Shown here piece by piece: positions 58,438-64,000 of a stretch of 64,000 nt of DNA. The notes under the pieces were generated by a model, which did no database searches, was not told where the DNA came from, and was given only the letters and a program-made list of their open reading frames with translations. The stretch comes from an uncultured Rikenellaceae bacterium (GTDB lineage Bacteria > Bacteroidota > Bacteroidia > Bacteroidales > VadinHA17). How positions within the stretch are numbered: the first letter of the stretch is position 1; each line of letters begins with the position of its first letter. The DNA is taken from positions 2,384-66,383 of the forward strand of contig CAZXFB010000020.1 in NCBI GenBank assembly GCA_964639725.1. The letters run 5' to 3'. The translations under genes were made by a program, and so were the position numbers.

Positions 58438-58958
58438 TCAGAGTAAATCGATTTACACCTGTAAAATTAGATTTATTTCTTAATATATGATCTTCACAAA
58501 AAAATATCAAATGTTAAAACAAAATATAAATTGAGTGGCCGGAATGAATAATAATAACAGTGACTATTTTTCTATTTTGCATAAACTCATCCCTCCTGCC
58601 CCGTTGACATCGCTGATTCCGTAAGCGGGATTCTCTTGCAAGCATAAAAATGTGTTGAAACAGCTTTTATACCCTCTTTGCGAAGCAGAGAGAGATTGAG
58701 GTGATTACATGAAGACAAATAACTGATATTCAGATATTTTATATGTCTTATGATTTATATTTTTTACTCATATAATATAATACCAGGGGATAGTATTTAT
58801 TCAATTTAGATTAATACAGGGTAACTATCAATATAAGATATATCGCAAAGAGAATAACTGTAAACTGACCAAAATGAATGCAGGGAAACAAGGATGCCAG
58901 AAGATAAATTGTAAAGGAAATCAGCTTTAATTACTATTTTTGAGAAAAATAGAGGAAT

Positions 58959-59723
58959 ATGGAGAGGTATATATGTGAGAATATTTTTGTGCCATTGCGC
59001 TCTGGTCCAGCGCATCAATCAGAGATGTTAAGCCAGGTACTTTTTGGTGAGAAGTATGTATCTCTGGAAAAAATCGGTCACTGGATGAAGGTCGAAACTG
59101 AATACGACAAATACAGAGGGTGGATTGATATTGATCATATCCAGCAATCAGTGGACTCAAAATCTTCAATTGGCTTTGTTCTAAACAGATCCTTGATCTG
59201 TTATAAAAATGACAGGTCAAAGTTATCACTTGAGGCAGGATGTGAAATATATAATCCTGATTTTGACAAAAAAATATTTTCAGTTGGTAAGAACATCTAT
59301 AACACTGATAATGATTTTAATCCCAGCTATATTACCTCAAATGAACCATTGAATGAAATCGCAATGAAATTTATTAATAGTCCGTATTTATGGGGTGGTC
59401 GTATACCCTCAGGGATTGATTGTTCAGGTTTTACACAACTTGTTTACAAGATCTTTGGCAGAGAAATACCTCGTGATAGCAGGGAACAATCAGCTATTGG
59501 TTTGAATGTGGACTTTATAGATGAATCGGTAACCGGAGACCTGGTATTTTTCGATGATGAAAGGGGAAGAATATCACATGTTGGTATGGTTTTATCAAAG
59601 GGATTAGTAATCCATGCGTCGGGAAGGGTCAGGATTGATACTATTGATCATCAGGGTATTTTTAAGAAGGAAAAGGGGGATTATTCTCATCATTTACGTA
59701 TGATAAAGAGAATTCTTCTTTAA
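58959..59723 (+). CDS. NlpC/P60 (C40) cell-wall peptidase with N-terminal SH3b-like domain
   Basis: The catalytic Cys context is GIDCSGFTQLVY. The His context is ISHVGMVL. Confidence 0.8.
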   Translation: MERYICENIFVPLRSGPAHQSEMLSQVLFGEKYVSLEKIGHWMKVETEYDKYRGWIDIDHIQQSVDSKSSIGFVLNRSLICYKNDRSKLSLEAGCEIYNPDFDKKIFSVGKNIYNTDNDFNPSYITSNEPLNEIAMKFINSPYLWGGRIPSGIDCSGFTQLVYKIFGREIPRDSREQSAIGLNVDFIDESVTGDLVFFDDERGRISHVGMVLSKGLVIHASGRVRIDTIDHQGIFKKEKGDYSHHLRMIKRILL

Positions 59724-59770
59724 AGTGGTTACAAGATATTATTTTACAAAATATGACTATCACCTATCAG

Positions 59771-59804
59771 TAATAATCTCAAAAAAATGAATATGAGATT
59801 ATTA
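59771..59804. terminator. AT-rich hairpin between convergent genes
   Basis: TAATAATCTCA (59771-59781) pairs perfectly with TGAGATTATTA (59794-59804) across a 12-nt loop. Confidence 0.3.
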
Positions 59805-59868
59805 AAGCATTTAATGACAGCGCTGTATGTGATATAGGAAGATTCAGTCTATATGTTAATATGAGTTA

Positions 59869-61539
59869 TTATTTCAGGTTACTCTTAATAATAGCAGATT
59901 CAACAATCTTCAAAATCGCTTCCTCTTCCAGAATGGATTTAGCCTCTATATCACAACCTTTTGAAATTATTTCTTTTGCAAAAACCTTATCGTCAAGGCC
60001 TGCAGCATTTATCTTCACATTGAGGAAAGCACCTCTAATGCAGGAGCACAAAGCCAATGCCCCTACTCCACCATCTGTAACTGAGTTGGGATTTCCCTTT
60101 TCAACCATCTCTCTAATAAGTTCAAAACCGGGGAAAGCAGTTTCCATCACTTTGAATGGTATTAAAATGGCATTTTTTATAGCTTCCTGAACAGCAATAC
60201 TTCTTAGCATTTTATCACTTTCTGACTCATGAGGCAGAGCATATGCCTCAATGATCTTATTGAAAGCAATTGTATCCTCATCTACAATATCCAGAAGATT
60301 GTTCTGTATTGCTTTCCCTTTTTCAGCCCATTGGGAGAACTCTTTCCACCTGTCATCCCAACCACGTTTATGACACGATAGATTAGCTACCATTGTTCCG
60401 AGTGCAACTCCAAGGGTTCCGATATATGCAGCGACTGACCCTCCTCCTGGAGCCGGTGATTCAGAAGCAGTCTCATTCATGAATTCTTTTAAATCCATTT
60501 CAATTAGTCTGGTGCTCTCTTTTTCTGCCATGACATATTCAATAATCTTCTCTTCAGGTTTAAATTCGTGAATATCATTCAAGCCAAGCGAACGGATTGC
60601 AATTTTAATAAGTTCATCATCAGAGACACCTGCTGACCTTTGTTGTTTCAAAAGGAAGTATCGTCCTGCATCGAGCATGCTTTTAAGAGGGATTAATCCG
60701 ACAAGTTCTGACCCTGTAACCCGGATACCTCTTATATCGGCTTTCCGGCAAACCTCATCAAATGCTGTATGAACAGGAGTGACAGAAATATTTGTAAGAT
60801 TCATAGATATCTGAGCAATTCCATACTCCTTTATATACCAGCCTATTGCTTTAACATTTTTAAGTGTACCAGGTACATTTATTCTCTCTCCATTTTCATT
60901 TTTAACAATCCGCCCTTTTTCTCTTACATCAAAAGCTATTGCATTTGCACGTCGAACAGAAGTTGTGTTCAGATTAACATTGAATGCAACAAGGAAATCC
61001 CTTGCACCAACTACAGTAGCTCCTGCTCTCTTGTTAAAAATTGCAGGGCCGAAATCTGGTTTCCAAAATGGATCAGTGAGTTTCTTCTCAAGTCCCTCAT
61101 ACTCTCCGGATCGGCAATTTGCAAGGTTTCTACGCTCCTCCTTGAATGCGGCATTCTCATAACAGTATACCGGAATCTGTAATTCTTTACCTATTCTTTC
61201 AGCAAGTTTACGGGCATAGAATACAGTTTCTTCCATAGTTATGCCTGAAACCGGTACTAATGGACAAACATCAGTAGCACCAATACGCGGATGTTCACCA
61301 CGATGTTTAGTCATATCAATAAGTTCAGCGGCTATTTTTACAGAACGGAATGCTGCTTCACAAACTTCTTCAGGATTACCGACAAATGTTACAACTGTCC
61401 TGTTCGTATCTTTCCCGGGATCAATATCCAGAAGCTTAACCCCTTTAACAGACTCAACTGCATCAGTTATCTGTTTTATTACTTCCATGTTTCTGCCCTC
61501 ACTGAAGTTAGGCACGCATTCAATAATCTTCTTCACCAT
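59869..61539 (-). CDS. ftcD: Bifunctional glutamate formimidoyltransferase / formimidoyltetrahydrofolate cyclodeaminase
   Basis: The N-terminal ECVPNFSEGR is the formiminotransferase signature. The C-terminal half, about 200 aa, is a helical cyclodeaminase domain (ASESPAPGGGSVAA). Confidence 0.85.
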   Translation of the reverse strand: MVKKIIECVPNFSEGRNMEVIKQITDAVESVKGVKLLDIDPGKDTNRTVVTFVGNPEEVCEAAFRSVKIAAELIDMTKHRGEHPRIGATDVCPLVPVSGITMEETVFYARKLAERIGKELQIPVYCYENAAFKEERRNLANCRSGEYEGLEKKLTDPFWKPDFGPAIFNKRAGATVVGARDFLVAFNVNLNTTSVRRANAIAFDVREKGRIVKNENGERINVPGTLKNVKAIGWYIKEYGIAQISMNLTNISVTPVHTAFDEVCRKADIRGIRVTGSELVGLIPLKSMLDAGRYFLLKQQRSAGVSDDELIKIAIRSLGLNDIHEFKPEEKIIEYVMAEKESTRLIEMDLKEFMNETASESPAPGGGSVAAYIGTLGVALGTMVANLSCHKRGWDDRWKEFSQWAEKGKAIQNNLLDIVDEDTIAFNKIIEAYALPHESESDKMLRSIAVQEAIKNAILIPFKVMETAFPGFELIREMVEKGNPNSVTDGGVGALALCSCIRGAFLNVKINAAGLDDKVFAKEIISKGCDIEAKSILEEEAILKIVESAIIKSNLK

Positions 61540-61622
61540 AATAGTTTAATCTTCTAAATGGATGCATTTATAAAGTTATTCACTCCTTATCTTTCAATAG
61601 GTAACAATTGTATAATAATTGA

Positions 61623-62891
61623 TTAACAGGCATTTTTATTTATCTGCATTCCTTTTAGTATTATTGTTTCAATAAGATCACTTCCAAAAGCATATGGCAT
61701 AAATTGATATGAAGGCATTTCTCTGGTAATAAACACATTTGCAACTTTACCACGGGCAATTGAGCCATGGGTTTCCGACAATCCCATAGCATAAGCAGAG
61801 TTGATTGTTACAGCATTAATTACCTCCTCCGGAAGCATTCTGAGTTTAATGCACCCCAGCGACATAATAAGCTTCATATTGCCTGAAGGTGATGATCCAG
61901 GGTTATAATCAGAAGCCAGGGCCACAGGAAGTCCAGCATTAATCATCATCCTGACAGGAGGATCAGGCAAACCTAAAAAAAATGCTGATCCGGGTAGAAG
62001 TGTAGGTATCGTATCGGATGACAGAAGAGACTCTATTTCAGCTTCAGAGGACGATTCGAGGTGATCGACTGAAAGAGCATTATACTTTACGCCAACCTGT
62101 ACACCACCTGAAAAGTCAAGTTCATTGGCATGGAGTTTTGCCTGTAATCCATATTTTATTCCGGCCATCAGTATTCTTTCCGTGTCTTCAACAGAAAAAA
62201 AACCTTTGTCGCAAAATACATCAATATAATCAGCTAATTCTTCGGAAGCGACAACAGGGATCATTTCATTTATTACAATATCAATATACTTTTCTCTGTT
62301 ATTAATAAATTCTTCTGGAAATGTATGGGCACCCAAGAAAGTAGCTTTTACTTCGAGAGGACAATTCTGCTTAATCCTCCTTATTACCCGCAACATTTTA
62401 AGTTCATCCGTTAAGTTGAGACCATAACCACTTTTAATCTCAATAGCTCCTGTTCCTAAACTGATAATTTCATTTATTCTGATCATTGATTGACGAAACA
62501 ACTCATCCTCAGATGTTTCATGCAACATTTTTGCAGAACTAAGAATCCCTCCTCCTTTCCGTGCTATCTCTTCATATGAAATTCCCTTGATCTTGTCTGT
62601 AAATTCATATTCACGGCTTCCTGCATAAACTATATGTGAATGTGAATCACAAAACGAAGGAAAAACGAATTTTCCGGAGGCATTAATTTCAACTACATTA
62701 GGATCATCATTTATAAGAGGTTGCTGAGAAAGCTGCCTCATAGTACCAAAATCTTTGATAAGTCCGTCCTCAATAAGAATAAATGCATCTGAAATTGTGT
62801 CCAGCTCAGACATCTCCCTGCCCTTAACAAGAAGTTTAGGATTATTCTCTACCTGAACCATGCACTTTATATTTTTGATGAGCAATTGCAT
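61623..62891 (-). CDS. hutI: Imidazolonepropionase
   Basis: The amidohydrolase metal motifs are DSHSHIVYAG, KLHANEL and ASDYNPGSSP. Confidence 0.9.
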   Translation of the reverse strand: MQLLIKNIKCMVQVENNPKLLVKGREMSELDTISDAFILIEDGLIKDFGTMRQLSQQPLINDDPNVVEINASGKFVFPSFCDSHSHIVYAGSREYEFTDKIKGISYEEIARKGGGILSSAKMLHETSEDELFRQSMIRINEIISLGTGAIEIKSGYGLNLTDELKMLRVIRRIKQNCPLEVKATFLGAHTFPEEFINNREKYIDIVINEMIPVVASEELADYIDVFCDKGFFSVEDTERILMAGIKYGLQAKLHANELDFSGGVQVGVKYNALSVDHLESSSEAEIESLLSSDTIPTLLPGSAFFLGLPDPPVRMMINAGLPVALASDYNPGSSPSGNMKLIMSLGCIKLRMLPEEVINAVTINSAYAMGLSETHGSIARGKVANVFITREMPSYQFMPYAFGSDLIETIILKGMQINKNAC

Positions 62892-62997
62892 AAGTATTTA
62901 GTCGTAAAAATTACTCCTAAGGTAGCAAATATTAAAAAAAGAGGCCGTAATTTCCATTTTTCTTTATCTTTAGCGCTATAAACCAAAACCATAAGTT

Positions 62998-64000
62998 ATG
63001 AAAAAAAGCTTTTCAATTTTACTTTTATCACTGCTGGTACTCACAGTTTCTGCGCAGGAAAAAAAGGTAAAAACCGGATGGAAGTTCGGTGGCGCCCTGC
63101 CTGCAATAACATTTGATTCGGACCTTGGATTTCAGTATGGTGCCCTTGTAGAATTTTTCAATTATGGCGATGGTAGCAAATATCCCGAATACTTTGATCA
63201 TACCTACACTGAAATTTCACATTTTACCAAAGGTAGTGGGATTTACAGGTTCATGTATGAATCAAATCATTTAATACCTGGAGTAGAATTGACAACTGAT
63301 CTTAGCTATCTGCCCGACCAGGCAAATCATTTTTATGGTTTTAATGGCTACGAATCGGTATATAATAAAGATTGGATGGATGATGATTTAGAGAGTCCTC
63401 CATACAGATCCAGAATGTTCTACCGTTTTGAAAGGAACCAGTTCCGGTTTAAAAATGATTTCCAGGGAAAACTTTCAGGGGAACATATAAAATGGAGCGC
63501 AGGTTTTGCTTTCCAGAATTTTGAAAATAAATCAGTTAACATTGATAAGCTTAACAAGGGTAAGGATCCGGCAGAACAATTACCATCAATTGATGCGATG
63601 CCCGGTCTGTTCGAACGTTATCAGGATCTTGGTATAATCTCAGGTAATGAAGCTGATGGTGGATGGGTCAATACAATAAAAGCCGGGTTGATGTGGGATA
63701 GTCGTGACAACAGACCAAATCCCATGAAAGGTTTGTGGACAGAGATCGGAGTTGAAATGGCACCGAAATTCCTCGGGAATGACTGGGGATTTTCAAAATT
63801 CTATATTACACATCGCCAATACTTTACTTTAATAGAGAATGATCTGTCCTTCGTATACAGGTTAGGATATCAGGCAACTTTATCGGGAGATGTTCCATTT
63901 TTCTACCAGTCGCAGTTAATTACTTCAAGACTTACAGGTTACTCTTCCGAAGGACTTGGAGGTTCGAGTACTTTAAGGGGAATAAAAAGGAACAGAGTTG
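62998..64000 (+). CDS. BamA/TamA-family (Omp85) outer-membrane protein, 3-prime truncated by window edge
   Basis: This ORF is absent from the ORF track because it has no stop in the window. My translation from ATG 62998 gives the signal peptide MKKSFSILLLSLLVLTVSAQE. It continues through a beta-rich sequence containing WDSRDNRPNP.KG and GGSSTLRG, which are Omp85 motifs. Confidence 0.6.
   Translation, partial: MKKSFSILLLSLLVLTVSAQEKKVKTGWKFGGALPAITFDSDLGFQYGALVEFFNYGDGSKYPEYFDHTYTEISHFTKGSGIYRFMYESNHLIPGVELTTDLSYLPDQANHFYGFNGYESVYNKDWMDDDLESPPYRSRMFYRFERNQFRFKNDFQGKLSGEHIKWSAGFAFQNFENKSVNIDKLNKGKDPAEQLPSIDAMPGLFERYQDLGIISGNEADGGWVNTIKAGLMWDSRDNRPNPMKGLWTEIGVEMAPKFLGNDWGFSKFYITHRQYFTLIENDLSFVYRLGYQATLSGDVPFFYQSQLITSRLTGYSSEGLGGSSTLRGIKRNRV

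Noticed and set aside
58590-58720. A possible c-di-AMP (ydaO-type) riboswitch between the PgpH-like and NlpC/P60 genes.
   Set aside because: I see only short fragments reminiscent of the motif (GAAUCC, ACGGGG, GUAAGCG). I could not build the pseudo-symmetric fold or fix the strand by eye. It is kept only as a low-priority check with Infernal.
1-64000. A search for CRISPR arrays, tRNA/rRNA genes, transposases, integrases, phage genes and toxin-antitoxin or defence-system genes.
   Set aside because: No regularly spaced direct repeats, no cloverleaf-like or rRNA-like sequences, and no ORF with recombinase, transposase or known defence-domain motifs were seen. The window looks like stable core chromosome apart from the redox island.

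Overview
This is a low-GC, gene-dense chromosomal segment of about 60 genes. It looks like an anaerobic member of the Bacteroidota. Supporting signs are DUF1573, DUF5606 and PUR-like DUF3276 proteins, a long NusB, ftsK-lolA synteny, mostly absent Shine-Dalgarno sequences, and a TAnnTTTG-type promoter box. I recognised no rRNA, tRNA, CRISPR array, transposase or integrase. Most of the window is housekeeping: gltD fragment, pntAB, pepP, DPP-IV, purC, phoH, mazG, speB, coaE, yajC, nusB, OTC, ftsK, hutI and ftcD. Two adjacent redox islands stand out. (1) 16159-24532 (+) is a ten-gene, translationally coupled unit. Six signalling genes (DRTGG-like, RsbW-like ATPase, an H-cluster-retaining hydrogenase paralog that has lost its proton relay, a second DRTGG-like, PHP phosphoesterase, a second ATPase) precede a four-subunit NuoE/NuoF-type, presumably electron-bifurcating, [FeFe]-hydrogenase. 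(2) Convergent with it, 24628-31304 (-) is a five-gene operon. It encodes a membrane protein with two H-x13-H pairs (candidate di-heme b), a membrane-anchored FeS-flavoprotein, a 20-CxxCH cytochrome, a 16-CxxCH cytochrome (both built of tandem c7-like triheme modules), and an outer-membrane beta-barrel. I interpret island 2 as a candidate, apparently uncharacterised, trans-envelope (porin-cytochrome-like) electron conduit. It is the most interesting locus in the window. All family assignments come from motif recognition by eye, and no database search was run.
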